DNA of 64,000 nt from a virus (Duplodnaviria; Caudoviricetes): IMG/VR virus record IMGVR_UViG_3300004481_001142, positions 2,574-66,573 of that record. One strand, 5' to 3'. Positions 11,201 to 19,766 of the stretch are shown piece after piece; position 1 is the stretch's first letter; every line of letters starts with the position of its first letter. The notes under the pieces were generated by a model. That model was not told the origin of the DNA. It ran no database searches and saw only the letters and a program-made list of their open reading frames with translations. Position numbers and translations under genes: made by a program.

Positions 11201-14040
11201 ACTAAAAATGTTCCAGAACCAATACTTAAACTAACATTCATTTCTGCTTTACCACTATTACTAATAGTTAACGTTAAATTCTTTTTAAAATTTAAACCCA
11301 CATTACCAAAATTCAACGATGCCGGCACTGACAATATCGGCATTGCACCCTGACCAACTAATGGTATTGATAAATTAGGCGCGTTACTATGTATTATTAT
11401 TGTCTGATTAACTAACGTAGTGTCTGTTGCGACAAATGAAATTATTAAATCATATGTCTCATTTGGATCAATATCAAAAGATGTTTTTGACGGCGAAAAT
11501 GGTGCGCTTATTGTTATATTAGTAATAAATAATTTTACTGTTCCTGTGTTTTTCAACACAATAGTTTGTGAAATCGTCTGACCAACTTTGCTTTCAAATT
11601 TGACCAATGTATTATTTTGAGCAATTGATGTAACTGCAGCAACACCGCTTCCTAACACGTTAATATTAATTGTTGGCTGTGTAATATCATTTGATGAAAT
11701 TGTAATAATGCCTGTCTCGCTACTTATTTGTCTCGGCGAAAAACAAACATCAAAATTTATAGCAGATTGTTCATTGACTGTAAGTGTAATAGATGTTTGT
11801 TTATAGTCATAATTAATCCTAAATGATCGACCCTCTAACGACGAATTAACAGAAATTTGTCCTGTAGTAGTATTAACTGAAAATTGATTTGGATTACTAG
11901 GATCACCTAAATTAAGTGCAATATCAGTCAAACTATCGATCACAGTCACCGATTGTAAAATTAAATTAACATCAGGAACAATCAATTTTGACCCACTAAC
12001 ACTTACTGTTACTTCTGATGTGTCTTTAAAATGAAATAAATCATTACTAGTAGTCAACGTCACAAAAAGATTTGCTTTACTGCCACTATTTGCAACAGTC
12101 ACAGTGTGATAAGCTGTAGTACCAATCGCAACATTTCCAAAATCAATTGGATCTGTCGACACAGATATTGTCGGAGAAAACGATTCACCTGTATAATCAA
12201 CAACCAATGATGTATCAAATTGTAAACTATCGCCTACTTTAGTATCAAATTTTAAAAATCCGCCTATTGTTCCAATATCAGTGGCTTTAATTTTTATAGA
12301 CAATGTAATTGATCCACCTGCAACTAATGTTATAGGCAAACCATCAACTGTTACTGTATGAGGCGTCGTCACAGTTGGTAAGATAGTAACAGTCATACCA
12401 CTAATAACCGAAGCAAATAAACCTCTATTTATAAATGTCAAATCGATAGATTCTTCAATGTCTTTGGACAAATAATTTGCTTGAATTGATTCCGGTATGA
12501 CACTAAATAAATGATCAATACTGGCTGATCCTGTCACATCAATAAGTAATACAGGATTTGTAATGTCGTTAGAATTGACAATCAATTGCTCACTAACATC
12601 GCCCGGCACGTCAAGAGAAAATGTTACAGTTACAATAGATGAAGAATTACTAGAAACGACAAAGTCATTTTCAGACACTGTAAAATGAGCAGAGTTAACA
12701 ATGTTCACTATTAAATCAACATCTTTATCGTTCTTAATAGTTAATTGTAACTGTTTAATGTCGCCAATTAAAATAGTGCCAAAATCCAATTGCTGAGTAC
12801 TAAGAATAATATGTGGTGACTGCGCATTACCGCTTATTGCTAATGTATGTGGCGCATTAAAAGAATTACTGTTTATCGTTATATTATCTGAAAAAATGAC
12901 TTCTGCTGTAGAATTTACAGTGATTACAATGATTGCGGCTTCACCAAATGGAATAACAAATGGAAATGTTACTGATGTTAAAAATGTTGTATCACTAATT
13001 GTCGGAAACACAATGCCAGTAATTTCAAGATCAACAGCCCCAACATTGCTTATTTGCAGATTACTCGTGACATCGTCACTTAATGTATAAATGTCAAAAT
13101 CAATCGGTCCTGATTCAATTTTTAATGACGGCACAGCCAAACCAGTGCCTGAGTAATTAACAGTTATACTTCCTGCGTTACTATTACTAGTTAATATATC
13201 TGAGACAACTCTTGATGTTGTCGGTGAGAATGTCACAGTGAACACTTTTGATTGCAGCGGTAATATTTCAGTCGCACTAACGTTAATTGTTATTTCACTA
13301 TCAGGTATTGTAGTACCACTTATAATTAAATTAGCACTAATGTGCGTATTAGTTATTGTAAATGTCAAAGATTTATTATCATTTACAGGTACAGACCCAA
13401 AATTTAATGTCGATGGTATAACAGTATACGTTGGTGCTACACCATTACCGATGACTGAAAATGAATAACTGCCTGTGATATCATTTGTCACCAAATTAAT
13501 AGTACTGCTATAAGAAACTATAGCTGTAGGATTAAATGCGATGCTAACATTTGCTGATTCTCCACTATTAATTAGTAAAGTTGCAGGATCAATAGTGAAA
13601 TTCGGATCAGTAGATGAAATCGATACTGTTAAAATTGAACCATCAATTGCCGTATTACTAATTTGTCTTGTTAATATCACTACATCATCAATTCCAACAT
13701 TGCCAAAATCAAAAACTGATGTATCAACATCAGCAATCGGCGTTAAAACTATAGCAGTCACATCTATTATAACATCAGGACCGGCAGTATTTGATACAAT
13801 TATTTGACTATTAGCACTCGCCTGAATTGTTGCTATGTATTCAATTGCTATTTGAAACGAATCATATGCAGCAATTATAAATGATAATGGCGCAGGAATA
13901 TAATCTGCACTTGGATTACTAACAATATTAGTTATTGTGACACTACTAGAGTCGTCATTGTAAATCGTAACCTGTTTAGTTACAGATTGACCTCGAGATA
14001 CTGATCCAAAATTAAGCGTTGATGACGACAAAATAATCAT
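8296..14040 (-). CDS. Large baseplate-region protein with about 10 ASH (ASPM-SPD2-Hydin / choice-of-anchor D-like) Ig domains, an Fn3 domain, a Cys-rich segment and helical blocks
   Basis: Repeated ~100-aa units of type LNFGSV...LTISNSGxAxLxI...F...I.SND; PPMSLQAVPGDKCIKLSW...YYYVVRT (Fn3); ATGA overlap with the upstream gene. Confidence 0.75.
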   Translation of the reverse strand: MIILSSSTLNFGSVSRGQSVTKQVTIYNDDSSSVTITNIVSNPSADYIPAPLSFIIAAYDSFQIAIEYIATIQASANSQIIVSNTAGPDVIIDVTAIVLTPIADVDTSVFDFGNVGIDDVVILTRQISNTAIDGSILTVSISSTDPNFTIDPATLLINSGESANVSIAFNPTAIVSYSSTINLVTNDITGSYSFSVIGNGVAPTYTVIPSTLNFGSVPVNDNKSLTFTITNTHISANLIISGTTIPDSEITINVSATEILPLQSKVFTVTFSPTTSRVVSDILTSNSNAGSITVNYSGTGLAVPSLKIESGPIDFDIYTLSDDVTSNLQISNVGAVDLEITGIVFPTISDTTFLTSVTFPFVIPFGEAAIIVITVNSTAEVIFSDNITINSNSFNAPHTLAISGNAQSPHIILSTQQLDFGTILIGDIKQLQLTIKNDKDVDLIVNIVNSAHFTVSENDFVVSSNSSSIVTVTFSLDVPGDVSEQLIVNSNDITNPVLLIDVTGSASIDHLFSVIPESIQANYLSKDIEESIDLTFINRGLFASVISGMTVTILPTVTTPHTVTVDGLPITLVAGGSITLSIKIKATDIGTIGGFLKFDTKVGDSLQFDTSLVVDYTGESFSPTISVSTDPIDFGNVAIGTTAYHTVTVANSGSKANLFVTLTTSNDLFHFKDTSEVTVSVSGSKLIVPDVNLILQSVTVIDSLTDIALNLGDPSNPNQFSVNTTTGQISVNSSLEGRSFRINYDYKQTSITLTVNEQSAINFDVCFSPRQISSETGIITISSNDITQPTININVLGSGVAAVTSIAQNNTLVKFESKVGQTISQTIVLKNTGTVKLFITNITISAPFSPSKTSFDIDPNETYDLIISFVATDTTLVNQTIIIHSNAPNLSIPLVGQGAMPILSVPASLNFGNVGLNFKKNLTLTISNSGKAEMNVSLSIGSGTFLVSPTVTTVMAESTYDVTVSFTPIVAQSYSGTIKILTDDPDHLEFNLSVTGVGVIKPVIQATSKIEFQQTNVREKSQMELVVTNAGSATLSVTDISVTEKNQEFKIAFATASILPNSSRSYTVTFSPTYESSAIIGKLRIISNDVDDPHHDVVLKGKSVQPLGAWQDFNLQDMLPDPILAVANGVDNIISPMKTILGLIKSVLNLVKVLLIDTSSLLKPILQAIAAAIDNYVKDMASTGLYVLPVFPRSNYFDPNTNAKQGFEKFLASVGGGSQAFKKKVIDSFDDIYDSNRPQFSTTGSVGAIIVAIDSGNIQDVVAGVLSLKKIFTSIEWKPDVHPPMSLQAVPGDKCIKLSWELPELITFNLSGLFNQYKMIDLIYGFQVYRAPGQGELAIATQSVKDTYNEGDVYDVVTNTKVGPIDVTLSDGKTVSKTIKASEFFKYLFKNFEVGWNNLDNNTARNLGFSCTDNSTSLENGKNYYYVVRTIMDKSGTPASPLSNEAVATPKAATAITSLSFLNRCTYFICKENQTSFRDVVKINLLAIKVMDLTGQSQQSTNKTESNKIASGNQQVNVFSFVLNHKGVNINSIKIRNVSAAIRYINKNGLNLATTPLNGEEQAGVDISKFYNTVNNTIVDWDDNAQNNDRDKIIFFTTLDLTKLSLPNDFTVVHDKNKSTVIITDVSRIGYTQNDEIVVEYVTVENLPICDQGFIQRHTGDGTVDDRFDAVECNNGSIVFDKIKSCDKYKNLTCIYHTGTSCSNRGFTKVNGKCKANVEFFNEQPLGAPRCQNGSMGASVSVADKPYRNDPCSFIVNDSGTGGTCTGYTSINEHVTGMYPDWYSYSVKSLVKPIEDFIEHLNKWVNSEIDAIQKGTESVTQFIDLLTKKIEALEDFIDTLQQIIDVMKEIFSTNAGFHILSIDLKTGGVDRIKQMVQTAKGGPDSGQTGFTAGIVILVGGPNISATWQFLKLLF

Positions 14041-14249
14041 TTAAATTTCATCTCCTCAAGTTTTTTGTTAACTTCTGCTGTATTCATTTGTATCACACCA
14101 AGTCGCTTCAAATTATTTAACTTACGCTGTAGTTCTTCTTTTTCATGCATCAATACTTGTTTTAGCGCGTCAAGTAAAGGTTCTGCAATATTTTTATGTA
14201 CGCCCAAAGTATTTGTTTTTTTCCATTGAATGTTTTCTGAATCTGACAT
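14037..14249 (-). CDS. Small hypothetical coiled-coil protein
   Basis: 70 aa, tiles exactly between neighbours (1-nt gap and ATGA overlap). Confidence 0.7.
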   Translation of the reverse strand: MSDSENIQWKKTNTLGVHKNIAEPLLDALKQVLMHEKEELQRKLNNLKRLGVIQMNTAEVNKKLEEMKFK

Positions 14250-14250
14250 A

Positions 14251-16998
14251 TTATGCTCCTAACATAGCTTGTATCTGTGCGATTTTAACATTATTTTCAA
14301 TTATTGTTTGTTGACTACTTATAATGCCTAATTCTTTTTCACCCACTTTAAAATATGAACCACTTTTTTTATTGAGTCTATTAACAACTTTTGACCATCT
14401 ACTACTGTATAATGATGACAATTGTAATTGTATTATCAAAGATCTTGATGTTATTTGAGAACTTCTAGTACTTAAGAAAGATAATCTAGCTGTTATATCA
14501 GATTGTCGTGCTAATTTATCAGTATCACAAGAAACTTGCCAACTAGCGTGCGTTCCCGATCCATTTGTCAATGTAACATTCACAATTAATTGACCCGTAA
14601 TAGAATTATACGACGTTATTGTTCCTTGCATCCAATTAGATGAGTCATACATTATAGTCACTGCTTCACCGACCAAAAAAGATGACAATCCTGTGCCAAT
14701 TGTTAATGTTCTAGAACCTGTTCCAATTATTAACGACGTTGATGACGTTGTAGCTCGAGATAAGAATAAAATTAAACTATTAATATTTACAATTGCATCA
14801 TTTTTTGCTGCAACTAAATTTAAATAATTGGCATCAGTTGTGCTTGTTATGCTATAATTTATAATCTCTTGATTTATTACAGATAATTCATAATTGACGA
14901 CTACTAATTCTGCTGCAGCTATCATTAACCAATCTGAAGTATTTTCACTATTTAATGATACTATTTCTTGTTCAACAAAACCTGACTCTACTAAGTTATT
15001 AACATGCCAACTAGTATATGTCCCTGATCCTATAACAGACGTAACATTAACTACTAGTGTTGACCCAGTATACGATGTTACCAATCCCGTCATTTTGTTA
15101 GAAGAATCATGAACAATTACAGCCGGTTGTCCAGTACTAAAAGGTATTATAGCACTTACTGTTAAAGTTTTAGAACCTGTACCTATTGTTAATGACGTTG
15201 TAGATGTCGCAGCATATGCATAATAAAAAGGCGGTTGGTTATTAAACCATGACATCATATATAATTGCGGAATATATGCCATACTAAAAAAATCAACGCC
15301 TGAAAACGACACAGGGTTACTAGTAAAAGACGTGCCGGTAACATCACTAGTATTTAAAAAGCCCATGTATGTAGCAATAGATGTTGCTATATTGCTACCA
15401 GTATTAAAATACATTGTCACTGAAGTCGTTTTTGTTATAACAAATGTCTGCGATGATTTTTTATACTGTACAGTATAAGTACTGCCTAACACGTCCTGCA
15501 TTGCATTGCAAAGCTCACCCTCTGAATAATCACCTGATGCTATTGTGTAAGTTCCAGCACTAGTGTCTAATTTATTATTTAAACTGTCAACTCGCAACTT
15601 TCCACTATAAAGTCTAGGTTGATTTATATGAGCTCTATCATATTCTGACGTTGTTTGTAAAATAAGATTACTATTTGTCACCGGCGCGCCGTCAAGAATT
15701 GACAACAAAGAATACGTTTTGTATGTAGGATTATGTAAATTAGAACAAGAAATAATAGTCCTACTATTCAAATAAGTATATAATGCTTGTAATGTTGTAT
15801 ATGACGTCTCTCTGCTCTTTTGGTCAGTCGGATTATTAAATGTCAAATAAACCATTAAGTCTCTATTAATGTCACTAGATTGCTTAATTTCCACAATTGA
15901 ATTTGCACCAAATGTGCCAGAATAAATAATAAACTTACAGCTATCAGAATAATAAGAACATTCAGCGTTTGTATAACCACCAGTACCAACATCACGTATT
16001 GCAGATTGTATCAATGACGCAATCTTGCTTCCATTAAATCGTTCAGCTGGAAACATTGGCCCTGCACTAAAATCTTGTCGCCAATCAGCACTATAATCAT
16101 CTAAAGCATACCCAAGACTTGAGCTCACCGGCACTCGCACATCAATTGCTAATTCCAGATTTTTTTGTACGCCGTCAATTGCTATTGTAAATTTATTATT
16201 AGCATATCTTCCCGGTATATTAACTTGACTACTAAATTTCATTTGTCGTGCGATATTATCCGTGCTTGTGGATTCTACTACAACGTATGCAGTTGAACTG
16301 GGCCCAGCAGTACCCGATGCAATTGTAAAGGTCTGAATAGCAATATTATACAGACATTTTGCATCAGTAAATCCAGCACTCTCCAAAGCAATTGCAATAT
16401 TTCCAGCTAATGTTTGAGCATCATTAACAACAGCACCACCTTGCGCGCTTAATGTTTCAGGATCGACAATATTAAAAGATTTTGTCACACTATCAATAGT
16501 CATTGTAAATTTGTTATTACCACTGTGAATTCTATATGATTGCGGCACATTTTTTGCCGATGTAGCTGATCCGTGACGATCTCGTGTCCAAATGTCAAAT
16601 CCTGCTATTACACCGGCGTACGAAGCAGTTGACACAATATATGCTCTTGAATCAATCAACGGCACATCAACAATTGTAACAGTGCTTTTTTTGACAATAA
16701 ACCTGGCATCTGCAATTATGACTTTGACATCAGATTCTGTGGTGTTTATAGTAAATGCCGGCTCTTGTACAGGTCCTATAATATTTTTACCCAATAACAA
16801 TCTAGCTTCTTCTTCTAACAAAAATATCTGAAAATGTTTTTCATCAAGATATTTTTTAAACGGTATGTCATATAATGTCAAATTATTAATTTGGCGTATA
16901 TCAGAGACAATACCGTCCTGTAATGACTTATTATCATTTGTAAGTTTGTCAATATCATTTTTCAATAAATTGCGATCTCTCTCAGTCAGTTGTGCCAT
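14251..16998 (-). CDS. Hypothetical virion structural protein with coiled-coil termini and repeated beta domains
   Basis: 915 aa; two NNKFT...IA..I..A....F.I.SGT.G..S repeats; two copies of the TSTTS module; AGGAG RBS. Confidence 0.7.
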   Translation of the reverse strand: MAQLTERDRNLLKNDIDKLTNDNKSLQDGIVSDIRQINNLTLYDIPFKKYLDEKHFQIFLLEEEARLLLGKNIIGPVQEPAFTINTTESDVKVIIADARFIVKKSTVTIVDVPLIDSRAYIVSTASYAGVIAGFDIWTRDRHGSATSAKNVPQSYRIHSGNNKFTMTIDSVTKSFNIVDPETLSAQGGAVVNDAQTLAGNIAIALESAGFTDAKCLYNIAIQTFTIASGTAGPSSTAYVVVESTSTDNIARQMKFSSQVNIPGRYANNKFTIAIDGVQKNLELAIDVRVPVSSSLGYALDDYSADWRQDFSAGPMFPAERFNGSKIASLIQSAIRDVGTGGYTNAECSYYSDSCKFIIYSGTFGANSIVEIKQSSDINRDLMVYLTFNNPTDQKSRETSYTTLQALYTYLNSRTIISCSNLHNPTYKTYSLLSILDGAPVTNSNLILQTTSEYDRAHINQPRLYSGKLRVDSLNNKLDTSAGTYTIASGDYSEGELCNAMQDVLGSTYTVQYKKSSQTFVITKTTSVTMYFNTGSNIATSIATYMGFLNTSDVTGTSFTSNPVSFSGVDFFSMAYIPQLYMMSWFNNQPPFYYAYAATSTTSLTIGTGSKTLTVSAIIPFSTGQPAVIVHDSSNKMTGLVTSYTGSTLVVNVTSVIGSGTYTSWHVNNLVESGFVEQEIVSLNSENTSDWLMIAAAELVVVNYELSVINQEIINYSITSTTDANYLNLVAAKNDAIVNINSLILFLSRATTSSTSLIIGTGSRTLTIGTGLSSFLVGEAVTIMYDSSNWMQGTITSYNSITGQLIVNVTLTNGSGTHASWQVSCDTDKLARQSDITARLSFLSTRSSQITSRSLIIQLQLSSLYSSRWSKVVNRLNKKSGSYFKVGEKELGIISSQQTIIENNVKIAQIQAMLGA

Positions 16999-17006
16999 TT
17001 TTTCTC

Positions 17007-17624
17007 CTACAAAATTTTTCCTATGTCTGTACCTGTGCTTGGAATTGGAGGAAATGCCGGCGGAACAACACCGATAGCTACACCTGTTATCGTTGTAGTA
17101 ACTATTGATGCTGATATCGCAGCAGCTACACCATTGCCAATAGCATTTGTTAATTTTTGAACATATTGACCAATAATACCTTGAGACGCCATCATCGCAA
17201 GTATTTGTGATCCAACAGCCGCACCAACAACGCCAACAATAGTTCCTGTACCTGTGCCAATACCTACCACTGTAGATGTTCCCATAACAATCGCTGACGT
17301 CATGTGATTAGCTATACCTGATCCTACAGCGTTAGCAAATGCCCTCGATTTTTCTCCCACAATACCTACCGACGTCATTTGCAAAAAGATTAAATTGCCC
17401 AAACTTGCACCAATAACAATTGGACCAGCTATTGTTCCTGTTGACACTCCTGTACCGATTCCCAATCCTGTAGAAACACCATTGTATATAGCTGTTGCTA
17501 AAATCGAGTTTACTACTCCATTACCAATAGCCATTGCAATCTTAACTGAATACTGACCTCCTAATCCGGCAGATATCATTTGCTGCTGTATCATAGACCC
17601 GCAAATTGCACCTACTATTGGCAT
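17007..17624 (-). CDS. Gly/Ala-rich three-repeat protein directly downstream of the spike (candidate spike tip)
   Basis: GGAGG RBS; three internal repeats of type VGA..G..I...M.S.G..GQ......AIGNG. Confidence 0.7.
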   Translation of the reverse strand: MPIVGAICGSMIQQQMISAGLGGQYSVKIAMAIGNGVVNSILATAIYNGVSTGLGIGTGVSTGTIAGPIVIGASLGNLIFLQMTSVGIVGEKSRAFANAVGSGIANHMTSAIVMGTSTVVGIGTGTGTIVGVVGAAVGSQILAMMASQGIIGQYVQKLTNAIGNGVAAAISASIVTTTITGVAIGVVPPAFPPIPSTGTDIGKIL

Positions 17625-17665
17625 TCATCCTCCTATTAATTCTTTGCATCGACATAAGATTTATT

Positions 17666-19765
17666 TTACACAGTTGCTTTTACAGTCGTACTACCTTTTA
17701 ACGGAATTCCAACAATATAATCGAGATGACTCGGAACTCCTGGTAATCCCGTAACAACACCGCCCATAGCTGGCGTCCCGCCAATATTAACCATTGGAGC
17801 ATTAATAGTAATTTTTGTAGCACTTTTTATATCAACACCAGCAAGACCAGTTATTGTTGCCTTTTGCGTTGCAGCCGTTATATCGACTTTGCCCGTTGCA
17901 GTTTTGACTGTAACATTTCCAGATGTGATATTAACTTCAAAATTACCGACTTTAATAGTAATTTTTTTGTTACCCGATGTAATATCTTCTTTACTATCAC
18001 CGAGACTAATACTTTCTGTTATATTGCCAGTTGTAACATTGACTTTATGATCTCCTAATACGATACTAGTTTCTTTATTTCCTTTTAGCAATGACTCTTT
18101 ATCGTCGCCAGCAATTAAACTTGTCGACTTGCTTCCTAATAATAATGTTTCTTTACTGTCACCTGCAACTAGCTTAACATCCTTATTACCAAGTGTAAGT
18201 GTTTCTTTTAAATCACCTTGCAAAATTCTAAGCTGGCTACCTTTTGTGGCGATATCAGTCACTTGCCCTTCGCCATATTTGCTTTGACGCTGTTTTACAA
18301 CTATTTCTTGATAATCACCACCATAATTCGTCATTTTGTCGTTAACATAATTTTCAACTTTAACACCTAATATCTCTTCTTGTATTTTTCCTCTAACAGT
18401 TATTTTATACGTTCCATCAATATCAACTGTTTTATTGCCTCTAATTTTTTCATAAACATGACCATAATAATCATCTTTTCTTGCAAAACCATCTTTGTCT
18501 GCAGCCTTGACAGTTGTATACATCGCTCTATCTAAAACCCATTCTAAACTACTTAACGAATTAGAATCACAACCAAAATGCAATTTAACTTTTCCTGAAG
18601 TATCAAGTTCAATTGATCGTTCACCGACAGAAGTTTTACCAATTAAAAATTTCATGCTTCCATTACATGCAAATTCGACTGACCGTCCGCCGCCCAAAGG
18701 ATGAGCAGCAGATGATGACGGCAAATAAATAAATGTATGTCCTTCTTTATCTACATCAAATTTAGCACCACTAGCAAATTTTAATTGATATGCTGATGCT
18801 AAATTGAATAATTCAGTCGGTTTGCAAGCTATATCACTAACTAATAATGACCCATCATTTGCAGAAAATACTTGTGGCCGTAAAACCTTACCATATTTAT
18901 CAATGTCACTCTTATCGTTACCAACCAACGTGCCAAAAATTTGAGTCACTAATAGACGACCAATACCGGTATTACTAGCAAAGTCTTCAAAATCATAATT
19001 TTCAATAACATCTAACACAGCATTCGCTACTTCTTTAACTTCAGTTCTAACTTCAGTAAATGCCTGGCCGTTTTCATCAACACTAGGTCCATCAGTTACT
19101 ACATATAACTTTTCACCATTTTCTAATATGATCGGCCGAACTGTTGGTGCGCCTGGTCGAACGATTAAGCCATTCAATGTTCTTGATGCATTTGTATATA
19201 AATAATTACTGATCGAATTTGTGTACATTATCTTGTCATAACTTGACATCTTTATCCCGTTAAGCTTCGAATCCAGTAATAAGAATCCATCATCAAGAAC
19301 AAGTTCTGATCCTTGAGTTGATTCAAGTCCTACATCGCCAGGATAAAGCTTGCGCTTTTTAAGTCGTTTAATGCCCCAACCAAGTTTATCGTGGATACTT
19401 GCAAGTTCTTTAATATCATCACCCGTTTTGCCATTTGCATAAATATATGACAATGATTTGAAATACTCATTATCTAAATATGCAAGAATAATTGGTGCAC
19501 CAATTTTGTTTGTTAATTTAATATAACCACAAATAACCAATGATCCTTCTTCAGGCATGCCGCCCATAAAAGCACGACCTGTAAAAAATGGATGAGTTAT
19601 AGGAACGTTATATGAATAGACGGGATTGCTACTAAATTGTATATCAACTACATTTCTTTCATTATCTACTCTCGCTATTCTTCCCACTTGCAAGAACTTA
19701 TAAAAGTCTACCTGCTGTTTAAACGACGCATCTTCACCTTTTAATACTCGTGCTTTTGACGGCAT
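17666..19765 (-). CDS. Baseplate central spike (gp5/VgrG-like OB fold plus beta-helix)
   Basis: LQVGRIARVDNERNVVDI...GGMPEEGSLVICGY (OB fold); long C-terminal Gly-spaced beta-helix repeats (GNK, GDS, GNF). Start moved to MPSKARV at 19765 (GGAG RBS, right after the hub stop). Confidence 0.8.
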   Translation of the reverse strand: MPSKARVLKGEDASFKQQVDFYKFLQVGRIARVDNERNVVDIQFSSNPVYSYNVPITHPFFTGRAFMGGMPEEGSLVICGYIKLTNKIGAPIILAYLDNEYFKSLSYIYANGKTGDDIKELASIHDKLGWGIKRLKKRKLYPGDVGLESTQGSELVLDDGFLLLDSKLNGIKMSSYDKIMYTNSISNYLYTNASRTLNGLIVRPGAPTVRPIILENGEKLYVVTDGPSVDENGQAFTEVRTEVKEVANAVLDVIENYDFEDFASNTGIGRLLVTQIFGTLVGNDKSDIDKYGKVLRPQVFSANDGSLLVSDIACKPTELFNLASAYQLKFASGAKFDVDKEGHTFIYLPSSSAAHPLGGGRSVEFACNGSMKFLIGKTSVGERSIELDTSGKVKLHFGCDSNSLSSLEWVLDRAMYTTVKAADKDGFARKDDYYGHVYEKIRGNKTVDIDGTYKITVRGKIQEEILGVKVENYVNDKMTNYGGDYQEIVVKQRQSKYGEGQVTDIATKGSQLRILQGDLKETLTLGNKDVKLVAGDSKETLLLGSKSTSLIAGDDKESLLKGNKETSIVLGDHKVNVTTGNITESISLGDSKEDITSGNKKITIKVGNFEVNITSGNVTVKTATGKVDITAATQKATITGLAGVDIKSATKITINAPMVNIGGTPAMGGVVTGLPGVPSHLDYIVGIPLKGSTTVKATV

Positions 19766-19766
19766 A

